NCBI GenBank assembly: GCA_045541115.1
Contig: JAZQIM010000003.1
Coordinates: 14,663-78,662 of the forward strand
Direction of reading: 5' to 3'
DNA: 64,000 nucleotides
Source of the DNA: Candidatus Aphodoplasma sp.
GTDB taxonomy: Bacteria > Bacillota > Clostridia > UBA1381 > UMGS1253
The notes beneath the pieces were generated by a model that saw only the letters and a program-made list of their open reading frames with translations, made no database searches and was not told where the DNA came from. Below, in pieces: positions 49,912 to 60,113 of the stretch. Positions within the stretch are counted from its first letter, which is position 1, and each line of letters begins with the position of its first letter. The translations under genes and the position numbers were made by a program.

Positions 49912-51189
49912 ATGTTTTTTGATACAGCAAAAATTTATGTCAAAGCAGGTGATGGCGGTAACGGAGCAGTGTCTTTTCATCGCGAGAAATACGTTGCTGC
50001 AGGCGGACCTGACGGCGGCGATGGCGGTCGTGGCGGAGATATTGTATTTGAAGTTGATACATCGATCTCAACGCTCGTTTCGTTCCGCTATAAAAGAAAA
50101 TATGTAGCTGACAATGGCGGCGATGGCAAAAGTGGCAAGGGCTTTGGCAAAGATGCTGATGCGCTTGTAATAAAGGTGCCTGCCGGCACACTCGTACGTG
50201 ATGCGCAGACGAACCGTTTGATAGCAGACATGACACCGCCTAATAATCGCGCAGTACTATTTAAGGGTGGTAATGGCGGATGGGGAAATACTCATTTTGC
50301 TACCCCGACAAGACAGGTTCCGCGATTTGCCAAAAGTGGTTTAAAAGGTGTTGAAAAAGAGCTTTTGCTCGAACTAAAGCTTATTGCGGATGTTGGTTTG
50401 TTAGGTTTTCCGAATGTCGGAAAATCGACGCTGTTATCTGTTGTGACATCGGCAAAGCCGAAGATTGCTAATTATCATTTTACGACGCTTGAGCCGAATC
50501 TTGGTGTAGTAGAGCTTGGCAAATACGGCGGTGCAGGAAGCTTTGTTATCGCTGATATACCGGGGCTAATTGAAGGGGCAAGCGAGGGTGTAGGTCTCGG
50601 TCACGAATTTTTGCGTCATGTTGAAAGAACGAGACTTCTTATCCATGTTGTAGATGTGTCGGGAATCGAAGGCAGAAATCCGATTGATGACTTTGATAAA
50701 ATAAATGCAGAGCTGTCTAATTATGACGAGCTTTTATCGAGCAGACCACAGGTTATTGCTGCAAATAAAACAGACATTATACAAGACGAAGAAGCATACA
50801 AGGAATTTATATGCGAAATGGAAAAGCGCGGCTATAAGATTTTTGAAATCTGTGCAGCTACAACGAAGGGTGTAAGCGAACTTATGGAATATGTCGCAGC
50901 ACAGCTCGCACAGCTGCCGCCTGTAGAGATATTTGAAGCAGAACCGATTCTTGAAGAAATTGTGGATGAAGAGCTCTTTACAATACGAAATGAAAACGGT
51001 GTATATGTAGTCGAAGGAAGATGGATTGAAAATCTTGTTGGCTCTGTAAATCTTGCAGATGACGAATCATTTAACTATTTTCAGCGTTCACTTCGCACTA
51101 AAGGCGTTATCGATGCGCTTGAAGAAAAGGGAATAAACGAAGGCGATACAGTACGTCTTTATGATATAGAATTTGATTATGTCAGATAA
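49912..51189 (+). CDS. obg: GTPase Obg/CgtA
   Basis: 425 aa with an Obg fold (FFDTAKIYVKAGDGGNG, glycine-rich), a G domain (GFPNVGKST, DIPGLIEGA, NKTD) and an OCT-type C-terminal domain. Confidence 0.96.
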   Translation: MFFDTAKIYVKAGDGGNGAVSFHREKYVAAGGPDGGDGGRGGDIVFEVDTSISTLVSFRYKRKYVADNGGDGKSGKGFGKDADALVIKVPAGTLVRDAQTNRLIADMTPPNNRAVLFKGGNGGWGNTHFATPTRQVPRFAKSGLKGVEKELLLELKLIADVGLLGFPNVGKSTLLSVVTSAKPKIANYHFTTLEPNLGVVELGKYGGAGSFVIADIPGLIEGASEGVGLGHEFLRHVERTRLLIHVVDVSGIEGRNPIDDFDKINAELSNYDELLSSRPQVIAANKTDIIQDEEAYKEFICEMEKRGYKIFEICAATTKGVSELMEYVAAQLAQLPPVEIFEAEPILEEIVDEELFTIRNENGVYVVEGRWIENLVGSVNLADDESFNYFQRSLRTKGVIDALEEKGINEGDTVRLYDIEFDYVR

Positions 51190-51204
51190 TCACAGGAGGA
51201 TAAT

Positions 51205-51501
51205 ATGATTACAAGCAAACAACGTGCCTATTTAAGAGGGCAGGCAAATACTATTGAGCCTATTTTTCAGCTTGGTAAAGGCGGAATAACTGATAATTTT
51301 ATAAAACAGCTTGACGATGCGTTAGAGGCCAGAGAGCTTATAAAAATACATTTACTTGATGCGTCATTTCTTGATGCACGCGAAACAGTAGATATGCTTG
51401 CAAAGCTAACCGGTGCAGAAGCTGTACAGGCGATTGGTTCAAAGATTGTGTTATATCGTGAGTCAAAAAACAAAAAGAGAATTGAACTTCCGAGAAAATA
51501 G
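51205..51501 (+). CDS. yhbY: Ribosome assembly RNA-binding protein YhbY (CRM domain)
   Basis: 98 aa with LTSKQRAYLRGQAN...IFQLGKGGIT. It is syntenic with nadD-yqeK-rsfS, as in Bacillus yqeI. Confidence 0.88.
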   Translation: MITSKQRAYLRGQANTIEPIFQLGKGGITDNFIKQLDDALEARELIKIHLLDASFLDARETVDMLAKLTGAEAVQAIGSKIVLYRESKNKKRIELPRK

Positions 51502-51518
51502 AATTAGGGGATAGAGAT

Positions 51519-52118
51519 ATGGGAAGAATAGGTCTTTTGGGAGGAACATTTGACCCGATTCATAACGCGCATTTATACATGGGCAAGCTATGTATAGACG
51601 AACTTAATTTAGACAAGGTTATATATATTCCGGCAGGTATAACGCCGCATAAGACTTATATAGCAGATATTGGTGCGAGATACGAGATGGTAAAGCTTGC
51701 AATAAGCGGCAATGAACGTTTTAGCGTGTCTGATTATGAAATTAAAAAGGAAACGCCGTCATACAGTGTTGAAACAGTAGACTATTTTAAAAAATTATAT
51801 CCAGGCGATGAAATTGTATTTATTTTAGGCGAAGATTCTCTTGATTATGTCGAAAAATGGCACAATGCACAAAAGTTTTTAAAGATGTGTTCTTTTGCAG
51901 TAATTGCAAGAGGTGGCTTTGAATCAGATATTGATGCGAAAATAAATATGTTAAAAGAAAAATACGGCGCGACGGTCTATAACGTGTGCTCGCGTGAGCT
52001 TGAAATTTCATCGAGCAATATACGTGACATGATCAGAGAGCAAGAAAACGTTAAACATCTTGTGCCGCAGGTTGTGCTTGACTTTATAGATAAGCATAAA
52101 TTGTATCAAGGAGAGTAA
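51519..52118 (+). CDS. nadD: Nicotinate-nucleotide adenylyltransferase
   Basis: 199 aa with the GGTFDPIHNAH (H/T)xGH motif and an ISSSNIR C-terminal motif. Confidence 0.93.
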   Translation: MGRIGLLGGTFDPIHNAHLYMGKLCIDELNLDKVIYIPAGITPHKTYIADIGARYEMVKLAISGNERFSVSDYEIKKETPSYSVETVDYFKKLYPGDEIVFILGEDSLDYVEKWHNAQKFLKMCSFAVIARGGFESDIDAKINMLKEKYGATVYNVCSRELEISSSNIRDMIREQENVKHLVPQVVLDFIDKHKLYQGE

Positions 52119-52120
52119 GC

Positions 52121-52723
52121 ATGATAAATTTTGATTTTGAAGGCGCGAAAATGTGTTTAAAAAGCAGTTTGAAGCCTGAAAGATATCTTCATAGTCTCGG
52201 CGTAATGCAAGCGGCTAAAGTGCTTGCAAAGCGTTATGGAGCAGATGAAAATAAGGCGCAAATTGCCGGGCTTCTTCACGACTGTGCGAAAAATATTGAT
52301 AAAGATAGTGCGTATAAGATGTGTGAGGAATTAAACGTGAGTCTTGACGATGTGACGAAGAAATCGCCAAAACTTGTTCATCAGTATCTCGGTGCACAAA
52401 TAGCGAAAATCGAATACGGAATTTGTGATGAAGAAATTCTTTCGGCGATTCGTTATCATACGACGGCTAAATGCGATATGTCGCTTCTTGATAAGATAAT
52501 ATATCTTGCTGATGTAATTGAGCCGAATCGTGATAAGGAACCGTTTGACGGGCTTATAAAACTGCGTACACTATGCGAAACTGACATTGACGAAGCAATG
52601 CTTTTTGCGCTTGATATGTCGATTCGAAAGCTTACCGACAGAAATGCACTTCTTCATATTGATACAGTTCTTGCGAGAAATTGGTTTTTAGAAATAAAAA
52701 TCAGTAAAACACTTGAAAAATGA
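52121..52723 (+). CDS. yqeK: HD-domain phosphohydrolase YqeK (bis(5'-nucleosyl)-tetraphosphatase family)
   Basis: 200 aa with HD motifs (RYLHSLGV, GLLHDCAK). It lies immediately after nadD (2-nt gap). Confidence 0.88.
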   Translation: MINFDFEGAKMCLKSSLKPERYLHSLGVMQAAKVLAKRYGADENKAQIAGLLHDCAKNIDKDSAYKMCEELNVSLDDVTKKSPKLVHQYLGAQIAKIEYGICDEEILSAIRYHTTAKCDMSLLDKIIYLADVIEPNRDKEPFDGLIKLRTLCETDIDEAMLFALDMSIRKLTDRNALLHIDTVLARNWFLEIKISKTLEK

Positions 52724-52779
52724 TTGAAAATTATATATTATATATTGTGGTGTAAACAATATTTAAAGGAGGAAAAGCT

Positions 52780-53136
52780 TTGCAACTAGTTGATAAATTA
52801 AATCTTATTGCAAATTGCCTCGACGATAAAAAAGGCAGACGTATTACAGCTTTAGATGTAGCTGAGCTTACGAGCATTAGTGATTACTTTGTAATATGCG
52901 GTGCCGGTTCACAATCTCAGGTCAAAGCTCTTGCCGACAATGTTTGCGAAAAGCTTTCGGAAAATGGCTTTGAGCCTATTCATATCGAAGGATATCGTGA
53001 TGCGACCTGGGTATTGATTGATTATAGCGATATAGTAGTTCACATTTTCACTGATGAAATGCGTGAATTTTATGATATAGAGCGTCTGTGGACAGATGCT
53101 AAAGAAGTTACACTCAATTTATCAGATAATGATTAG
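52780..53136 (+). CDS. rsfS: Ribosome silencing factor RsfS
   Basis: 118 aa with DYFVICGAGSQSQVKALADNV, WVLIDYSDIVVHIF and REFYDIERLW. The TTG start has AAAGGAGG 7 nt upstream. Confidence 0.9.
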   Translation: MQLVDKLNLIANCLDDKKGRRITALDVAELTSISDYFVICGAGSQSQVKALADNVCEKLSENGFEPIHIEGYRDATWVLIDYSDIVVHIFTDEMREFYDIERLWTDAKEVTLNLSDND

Positions 53137-53148
53137 GAGGCGGCAGAA

Positions 53149-55563
53149 TTGAAATATAATTATACTGAAATCGAAAAGAAATGGCAGAAAAAATGGGATG
53201 ACGAGAAGACGTTTAAGGCGTCGAATGATGACCTTTCAAAGCCAAAATTTTTTGCCCTCGTTGAGTTCCCATATCCATCCGGTCACGGCCTTCATGTAGG
53301 TCATCCGCGCGGATATACGGCGCTTGATATAGTTTCGAGAAAAAGGAGACTGCAAGGATATAACGTTCTTTATCCAATGGGTTGGGATGCATTTGGTCTT
53401 CCGACAGAGAACTTTGCTATGAAAAACAAAGTTCATCCTAAAAAAGTCACACAAGATAATGTTGCGAATTTCAAAAAGCAGCTTAAATCACTTGGTTTTT
53501 CATTTGATTGGGATCGTGAGATAAATACTACCGACCCTGAATATTATAAATGGACACAGTGGATTTTCCTTAAGTTATTTGAAAAAGGACTTGCATACAA
53601 GCAGGAAATGCCGATTAACTGGTGTACAAGCTGTAAGGTAGGTTTGTCAAATGAAGAGGTAGTTGATGGTGTGTGTGAGCGCTGCGGAAGCGAAGTTGTG
53701 CAAAAGCGCAAGAGCCAGTGGATGCTTAAGATTACGGAATATGCGCAGCGTCTTATTGATGATTTAGATGATCTTGATTTTATTGAAAAAGTTAAAACAC
53801 AGCAAAAAAACTGGATAGGACGCTCACAAGGTGCAGAAGTAACATTTAAAATTGATGGTGCCCAGGAAGAACTTGTTGTATATACAACACGCCCTGACAC
53901 ACTTTTCGGCGCAACATATGTTGTACTTTCGCCGGAGCATCCGTATATTGAGAGCTGGAAAGATAAAATCTCAAATTACGATCAGATAATTGAATATAAG
54001 CAACAGGCTGCAAGAAAGTCAGAATTTGAGCGTACAGAGCTTGCAAAAGATAAGACAGGCGTTGCGCTTAATGGAATATATGCTATAAATCCAGTAAATG
54101 GTGAGAAATTGCCTGTGTGGATTTCTGATTATGTACTTATGACATATGGAACTGGCGCAATCATGGCTGTGCCCGCGCATGATACTCGCGACTGGGAGTT
54201 TGCAAAGAAATTTAATCTTCCGATAATTGAGGTTGTATCCGGTGGTGAAAACGTGCAGGAGGCAGCATATACAGATGTAAGCGAAGGCACGATGGTAAAT
54301 TCCGGTTTTCTTACAGGCAAGAGTGTTAAAGAAGCAATTGATTCAATAATAGATTATCTTGAGAAAAATAATCTTGGTAAGCGCAAAGTAAACTTTAAGC
54401 TTCGCGACTGGGTATTTTCTCGTCAGCGTTACTGGGGAGAACCAATTCCGCTTGTATATTGTGAAAAATGCGGTTGGGTAGCACTTCCGGAAAGTGAGCT
54501 TCCGCTTACACTTCCTGAACTTGATGATTATGAACCGACAGATAACGGCGAATCACCGCTTGCAAAAATTACTGATTGGGTAAATACAACATGTCCGCAT
54601 TGTCATGGAGCAGCAAAGCGTGAAACAGATACAATGCCACAATGGGCAGGCTCGTCATGGTATTTCTTAAGATATATTGACCCGAAAAATAATAGCGTGC
54701 TTGCAGACAGTGAGCTTTTAAATTACTGGCTTCCTGTTGATTGGTATAACGGCGGTATGGAGCATACGACGCTACATTTGCTCTATTCACGTTTCTGGCA
54801 TAAATTCTTGTATGACATTGGCGTAGTACCGACAAAAGAGCCGTATCAGAAGAGAACATCTCATGGTATGATTCTTGGTGCGAATAACGAAAAAATGTCG
54901 AAGTCGCGCGGAAACGTCGTAAATCCTGATGATGTTGTACGCGACTTTGGCGCAGATACATTCAGAACATATGAAATGTTTATCGGTGCATTTGACCAGG
55001 CGACACCGTGGTCGGAGCAAGGCGTAAAAGGTTGCTTTAAATTCCTTGAAAGAGTATGGAATTTGCAAAATATACTTACCGATGATGAAGGTTACAGCGC
55101 GGATATGGAAATATCAATGCATAAAGCTGTAAAGAAGGTTGACGAAGACATTGAACGTATGAAGTATAATACGGCGATTGCAACTCTTATGTCACTTGTA
55201 AATGACTTTACGAAAAAAGGCTCAATCACACGTGGAGAGCTTAAGACATTCTTGCTTCTTCTTAACCCGACAGCGCCACATATTACCGAGGAAATGTGGC
55301 AGAATTCAAACTTTGGTGGAGAAATCTCAAATCAAAGCTGGCCAAAATATGATGAGGCAAAGACTGTTGATGATGAAGTTGAAATTGTATTACAGATAAA
55401 CGGCAAAATCAAAGACAAGATTAAGATTCCGGCAGGGCTTGACAAAGACGCTACACAAGAAGCGGCAATGAAGAGTGAGAAAGTAATCGATGCAACGAGC
55501 GGCAAACAAATTATAAAAACGATCGTTGTGCCTGGTAAGCTTGTAAATATTGTAGTAAAATAA
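53149..55563 (+). CDS. leuS: Leucine--tRNA ligase
   Basis: 804 aa with HIGH ([12 protein letters not shown]), KMSKS (EKMSKSRGN) and a CP1 editing domain. The TTG start is preceded by AGGAGG, 12 nt after the rsfS stop. Confidence 0.97.
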   Translation: MKYNYTEIEKKWQKKWDDEKTFKASNDDLSKPKFFALVEFPYPSGHGLHVGHPRGYTALDIVSRKRRLQGYNVLYPMGWDAFGLPTENFAMKNKVHPKKVTQDNVANFKKQLKSLGFSFDWDREINTTDPEYYKWTQWIFLKLFEKGLAYKQEMPINWCTSCKVGLSNEEVVDGVCERCGSEVVQKRKSQWMLKITEYAQRLIDDLDDLDFIEKVKTQQKNWIGRSQGAEVTFKIDGAQEELVVYTTRPDTLFGATYVVLSPEHPYIESWKDKISNYDQIIEYKQQAARKSEFERTELAKDKTGVALNGIYAINPVNGEKLPVWISDYVLMTYGTGAIMAVPAHDTRDWEFAKKFNLPIIEVVSGGENVQEAAYTDVSEGTMVNSGFLTGKSVKEAIDSIIDYLEKNNLGKRKVNFKLRDWVFSRQRYWGEPIPLVYCEKCGWVALPESELPLTLPELDDYEPTDNGESPLAKITDWVNTTCPHCHGAAKRETDTMPQWAGSSWYFLRYIDPKNNSVLADSELLNYWLPVDWYNGGMEHTTLHLLYSRFWHKFLYDIGVVPTKEPYQKRTSHGMILGANNEKMSKSRGNVVNPDDVVRDFGADTFRTYEMFIGAFDQATPWSEQGVKGCFKFLERVWNLQNILTDDEGYSADMEISMHKAVKKVDEDIERMKYNTAIATLMSLVNDFTKKGSITRGELKTFLLLLNPTAPHITEEMWQNSNFGGEISNQSWPKYDEAKTVDDEVEIVLQINGKIKDKIKIPAGLDKDATQEAAMKSEKVIDATSGKQIIKTIVVPGKLVNIVVK

Positions 55564-55568
55564 AAAGT

Positions 55569-55603
55569 TTTAAGGGATAGCAAGTTATTTGCTATCCCTT
55601 AAA
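55569..55603 (-). terminator. Hairpin terminator, probably serving the convergent SASP gene
   Basis: A 15-bp perfect stem, tttaagggatagcaa with ttgctatcccttaaa, has a 5-nt loop. The minus-strand RNA continues ACUUUUUA, while the plus-strand tail is not U-rich. Confidence 0.55.
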
Positions 55604-55607
55604 TGTT

Positions 55608-55652
55608 AATTGGGCACGAGTCAAAAATTTTTCTGACACATGCCCAATTTTT
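55608..55652 (+). terminator. Hairpin terminator, probably serving leuS
   Basis: The outer stem aattgggca (55608-55616) with tgcccaatt (55641-55649) encloses an inner gtca/tgac and A/T pairing. It is followed by TTTTT on the plus strand. Confidence 0.6.
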
Positions 55653-55673
55653 ATACTGCAATTATTTTAAAGC

Positions 55674-55868
55674 TTATTTCATGTTTTGTTCATATGAAGA
55701 GATCATCTTTTTTACCATCTGACCTCCAACAGAACCAGCCTGCTTGCTTGTAAGGTCACCGTTGTAACCCTGCTTAAGATTAACGCCGACTTCTGATGCA
55801 GCCTCCATCTTAAACTTATCAAGAGCAGCTCTTGCTTCAGGTACTAAATTCTTTTTATTGCTTGACAT
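55674..55868 (-). CDS. Small acid-soluble spore protein, alpha/beta type
   Basis: 64 aa reading MSSNKKNLVPEARAALDKFKMEAASEVGV...LTSKQAGSVGGQMVKKMI, the canonical alpha/beta SASP pattern. The RBS is a strong AAGGAGGTG. Confidence 0.93.
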   Translation of the reverse strand: MSSNKKNLVPEARAALDKFKMEAASEVGVNLKQGYNGDLTSKQAGSVGGQMVKKMISSYEQNMK

Positions 55869-55901
55869 TGTGTTTTCACCTCCTTGTTTGGTTTACAAAG
55901 A

Positions 55902-55931
55902 TAATTTGTGCAAAAAACAAGGTTTTATAAG
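55902..55931 (-). promoter_or_regulatory. Possible forespore (sigma-G/F-like) promoter of the SASP gene
   Basis: On the minus strand this reads CTTATA, a 17-nt spacer, then CAAATTA. The -10 resembles the CATnnTA/CAAAATA class, but the -35 matches only in ATA. This is a weak call from memory of the consensus. Confidence 0.3.
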
Positions 55932-55963
55932 GTGTAATTTCTTCCACTTATGTCAACAAAAAT

Positions 55964-58000
55964 TTATAAAAGAATTCTGTTTGTAAATGATGAAATTTTT
56001 TTATTAAGCAGCGCAGCTTCCTTGTCGCTACATTCTAATTCACCGTTATACAACTCAGTTACGGCTTGTTGTACTTCTTTTAAAATATCAATATCATTAA
56101 ACAAATTTGCGATGCGCATATTAGGCAGACCGTGTTGCCGTGTGCCGAAGAAATTACCCGGACCGCGCAAAATCAAATCCTGTTTCGATATATAGAAACC
56201 ATCGTTTGAAGTACACATTATTTCCATTCTTTTTCTTGCGATTTCGCCTTCGCCTTGATTAAATAAAATGCAATAACTTTGCTCGCTTCCGCGACCAACA
56301 CGACCGCGAAGCTGATGGAGTTGGCTTAAACCAAAACGTTCAGCATTTTCAACAATCATCGTGTTTGCATTTGCAACATCGACGCCGACTTCTATGACGG
56401 TTGTTGAGATTAAAATATCAATTTCGCCGTTTTTAAAACGTGTCATAATGTCTTCTTTTATGTCGCTTTTTAGTTTGCCATGCATAAGCGCACAGCAATA
56501 ATTTGGAAAAATTTCATTTTGAAGATGATTTGCATAGTCAATCACATTTTTTAGGTCACTGTTTTCTGTTTCTTCAATGAGCGGACAAACAATATAAACC
56601 TGCCTGCCGGCAAGTACCTGCTTGTTTATAAAAGCAAGGATGCGAGTGCGCATTTTTTCGTCGACACAGTATGTAAGCACTTCTTTTCTTCCGGGCGGCA
56701 GCTCATCGATGACAGATATATCGAGGTCGCCATATAAAATAAGTGCAAGTGTGCGCGGAATTGGCGTAGCACTCATAACAAGTACATGAGGATTTTCTCC
56801 TTTTTTACTTATGCTGTCGCGATGTGACACGCCGAAACGATGCTGTTCGTCAGTAATAACGAGCGCAAGAGATTTATATTCAACACTTTCCTGAATCATG
56901 GCATGTGTACCGATTATAATATCAGTTTTTCCGCTTTTTATAAGCTCGTATACATCATTTTTTTCTTTTTTACTCATAGAGCCTATAAGAAGGCATATGT
57001 TAACATTCTTATCGCTCATTAAGGACTTAAAACTGTTGTAATGCTGCTTTGCGAGCACTTCTGTTGGAACCATCAAAGCTGCCTGGTAACCACTTTTGGC
57101 GACGGCATACATTGCTGCTGCGGCAACTACTGTTTTACCGGAGCCGACATCTCCTTGCACGAGTCTGTTCATAGTTGTATTTGATGACAAATCATGACAA
57201 ATTTCTTCTACAACATTTTTTTGTGCATTTGTAAGAGAAAAGGGAAGAGAAGAAACAAATTCATTTGCATATGATGTGTCGATTTTTGCGTTTTGTAAAG
57301 AATGTGTTTTGGTTTTTTTAATCTTTGTAAGTGCCAGAGAAATAGTCAAAAGCTCGTCGAAAACAAGACGTCTGCGAGCGTTTTCATAACTTTGCAAATT
57401 GTTTGGATAATGAATATTTCTTATAGCGCTGTCAAAGTCCATTAAATTATATTTTTTAAGAAGTGCATAGGGGAGTGTTTCGGAAAAATGCAGATCAAGC
57501 TTTAGTGCAGATGCAATTGCTTTTTGCACTGTTTTTTGTGTAAGCTCGGCTGTGAGCGGATAAATCGGAACGATTTTGCCTGTTACAAGATTTTCTGTGC
57601 TGGTTTTTTCAAAAATAGGCGTTTCGATAAATTTTTTTGCGCCCATTTTTTTGATTTTACCGAAAAATACATACGTATCGCCTTTAATAATACTGCTTTT
57701 AATATATTTATTGTTAAACCATGTTGCAGTTATTTTGCCGCTTTCGTCAACAAGTTCGACATTATAAAGTGTAAGCGACTTATTTATACGTCTTTCAATA
57801 ACAGCAGAAAAAACGGTGGCTTTAATGCACACCGTTTCTGAGTCACATGCTTCATATATAGGAACGATTTTCGTTCTGTCTTCATAGCTGCGCGGGAAGT
57901 ATAAAAGCAAATCCGCAATGTTATGTACTCCTACGCGTTCAAACAGCTTTGCTTTTGCGGTTCCAATGCCTGATAAAGCAGTAAGCGGTTTTCTTAACAT
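55964..58000 (-). CDS. recG: ATP-dependent DNA helicase RecG
   Basis: 678 aa with a wedge/OB N-domain and helicase motifs GDVGSGKT, DEQHRFG, SATPIPRT and QLHQLRGRVGRG. Confidence 0.96.
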   Translation of the reverse strand: MLRKPLTALSGIGTAKAKLFERVGVHNIADLLLYFPRSYEDRTKIVPIYEACDSETVCIKATVFSAVIERRINKSLTLYNVELVDESGKITATWFNNKYIKSSIIKGDTYVFFGKIKKMGAKKFIETPIFEKTSTENLVTGKIVPIYPLTAELTQKTVQKAIASALKLDLHFSETLPYALLKKYNLMDFDSAIRNIHYPNNLQSYENARRRLVFDELLTISLALTKIKKTKTHSLQNAKIDTSYANEFVSSLPFSLTNAQKNVVEEICHDLSSNTTMNRLVQGDVGSGKTVVAAAAMYAVAKSGYQAALMVPTEVLAKQHYNSFKSLMSDKNVNICLLIGSMSKKEKNDVYELIKSGKTDIIIGTHAMIQESVEYKSLALVITDEQHRFGVSHRDSISKKGENPHVLVMSATPIPRTLALILYGDLDISVIDELPPGRKEVLTYCVDEKMRTRILAFINKQVLAGRQVYIVCPLIEETENSDLKNVIDYANHLQNEIFPNYCCALMHGKLKSDIKEDIMTRFKNGEIDILISTTVIEVGVDVANANTMIVENAERFGLSQLHQLRGRVGRGSEQSYCILFNQGEGEIARKRMEIMCTSNDGFYISKQDLILRGPGNFFGTRQHGLPNMRIANLFNDIDILKEVQQAVTELYNGELECSDKEAALLNKKISSFTNRILL

Positions 58001-58015
58001 ATTACATGCTCCTTT

Positions 58016-59629
58016 TTATTCCACAGATAAAATATAATAATAAAGTGGCTGATTTCCGCTTTGCAAAATTATGTCGATATCCTCGTATTTTTCTTCCAAA
58101 GTTTCGAGCAATTCATTTGCTTGTTCTTCGGATACATCTTCGCCATAATAAATCGAAATAACTTCAGAATCATCGTCTGTCATTTTTTCTGCAAGCTCTA
58201 ATAAAACATCGTCTGCACTTTGCGCTACAGAACATATTTCTCCTTCAGATATACCGATTATATCGCCGCTCTTAATAGGTGTACCTGATACACTTGTATC
58301 GCGCACAGCGTAAGTAACCTGACCCGTTTTAACATTTGAAAGAGCGTTGCACATAGCTTTTTCATTTTCGTCTTTTTCAATGTGCGGTAAAAATGCCATC
58401 ATTGCAGCGATGCCTTGCGGAGCGGTTTTTGAAGGGATAACAATGATTTCCTTTTCGCTAAGTTCTTTTGCCTGATTTGCAGCAAGTATAATATTTTTAT
58501 TGTTCGGCAAAACAAATATGCAATCAGCATTAATTTTTTCCGTAGCACTCAAAATATCGTCTGTGCTCGGGTTCATTGTCTGACCGCCTTCAATTATTTC
58601 GTCAACGCCATAATCGCGGAAAATATCTGCAAGACCACTTCCTGCAACTACACTTACAAAACCATACTTTTTATGCGGAGCTTCAGGTTTGGCTTCCACA
58701 GAATCAGCAGGGGAGTCGCCTACGTTGGATTCAAGTATAGTTGTATGCTGGAGCTTCATATTATCAATTTTTATGCGTGAAAGCATGCCAAGTTTTACAG
58801 CTTCTTCGAGCACAAAACCCGGATGATTTGTATGAATATGAACCTTTACAATTTCATCATCGTCGATTACGAGTTTGCAATCACCTTTAGGATCGATAAC
58901 TTCGCTAAAACGCTTAACATCGACATGCTCAGATTTTTTATCAATAATAAATTCAGTACAATATGCAAATTTAATATTATCAACATCGATTGTTGCCTGT
59001 GGAGATGCGGATGTTGTTTGTTTTACAGCCTCGTTTAAATCAACAAGATTACCTGTCGAAAGCGCATGATATGCACCTTCAAGGATTTTTAAAAGACCTG
59101 CGCCACCGGCATCAACAACACCGGCTTCTTTAAGTACAGGTAGCTGATTTGGTGTATTGTCAAGAGCTTCTTGCGCTCCTTCAATAGCTTTCTTCATTAC
59201 GACGCAAACATCTTCTTCGCGTTCTGCGGCTTTTAAAGCTGCTTCTGCACATTTGCGTGCAACTGTGAGAATTGTACCTTCAGTTGGTCGCATAACAGCC
59301 TTATACGCTGTATCAGACGCTGCCTTAAGTGCTGCTGAAAGCTCTTTTGCATTAGCAATCTGCTTTGAATCGAGACTTTTTGCAAGTCCGCGGCAAAGCT
59401 GCGAAAGTATAACACCGGAATTGCCTCTTGCGCCTCTTAATGATGCGCTTGAAAGAGCTTTTGCAATATCACCTATAGCAGGTGTTACAAATTTTTTTAT
59501 ATCTAGTGCCGCCGCTGAAAAAGTAAGTGACATATTTGTACCGGTATCGCCGTCCGGCACGGGAAAAACATTTAGTTTATCGACAGCAACCTTATTGTTG
59601 TTAAGATGATTTGATGCCGATATAATCAT
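58016..59629 (-). CDS. yloV: DAK2-domain fusion protein YloV (ATG-supported minimum; true start probably upstream at a non-canonical codon)
   Basis: It has the DhaL/DAK2 motif NVFPVPDGDTGTNM and a YloV-type C-terminal domain. The yloU(asp23)-yloV-recG synteny matches Bacillus. See the finding on the start codon. Confidence 0.9.
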   Translation of the reverse strand: MIISASNHLNNNKVAVDKLNVFPVPDGDTGTNMSLTFSAAALDIKKFVTPAIGDIAKALSSASLRGARGNSGVILSQLCRGLAKSLDSKQIANAKELSAALKAASDTAYKAVMRPTEGTILTVARKCAEAALKAAEREEDVCVVMKKAIEGAQEALDNTPNQLPVLKEAGVVDAGGAGLLKILEGAYHALSTGNLVDLNEAVKQTTSASPQATIDVDNIKFAYCTEFIIDKKSEHVDVKRFSEVIDPKGDCKLVIDDDEIVKVHIHTNHPGFVLEEAVKLGMLSRIKIDNMKLQHTTILESNVGDSPADSVEAKPEAPHKKYGFVSVVAGSGLADIFRDYGVDEIIEGGQTMNPSTDDILSATEKINADCIFVLPNNKNIILAANQAKELSEKEIIVIPSKTAPQGIAAMMAFLPHIEKDENEKAMCNALSNVKTGQVTYAVRDTSVSGTPIKSGDIIGISEGEICSVAQSADDVLLELAEKMTDDDSEVISIYYGEDVSEEQANELLETLEEKYEDIDIILQSGNQPLYYYILSVE

Positions 59630-59682
59630 GTTGGCGAATTGTATACCATCAATTGAAGTAATTATTTTAATCTCCCCCTAAT

Positions 59683-60033
59683 TTAATCGACACGAGCACT
59701 GTCAACGCTTACGTTAATTTTACCAACCTTGCAGCCGGTCATACTTTCAATGCTGTATTTTACATTTTTTATAATGCTTTCGCAAATCGCAGAAATATTC
59801 ACACCGTATTCAACCATAATATGCAAATCAATAGTTATACGGTCATTTTCTGTTGAAATATTTACACCTTTAGTAATCGAATCGCCCATAAGCAGAGCCG
59901 AAAAACCGTTACCTTTGCGAGCGGTCATACCAACAACGCCATAGCAACGTGAAGCAGCCATGCCGGCTATTTTTGCTAAAACTTCATTTTGTATTACGAT
60001 TACACCATTTTTGTTTTCTGTTTGAAGTGCCAT
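59683..60033 (-). CDS. Asp23/Gls24-family envelope stress protein (YloU-like)
   Basis: 116 aa with the pattern GVIVIQNEVLAKIAGMAASRCYGVVGM typical of Asp23. It lies upstream of yloV. Confidence 0.88.
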   Translation of the reverse strand: MALQTENKNGVIVIQNEVLAKIAGMAASRCYGVVGMTARKGNGFSALLMGDSITKGVNISTENDRITIDLHIMVEYGVNISAICESIIKNVKYSIESMTGCKVGKINVSVDSARVD

Positions 60034-60113
60034 AAGCTATACCTCCATAATAAGATAGTCATTTTACACTTATTATAATTTTATCATATATTATAAAAAT
60101 AGTCTATACTTTT

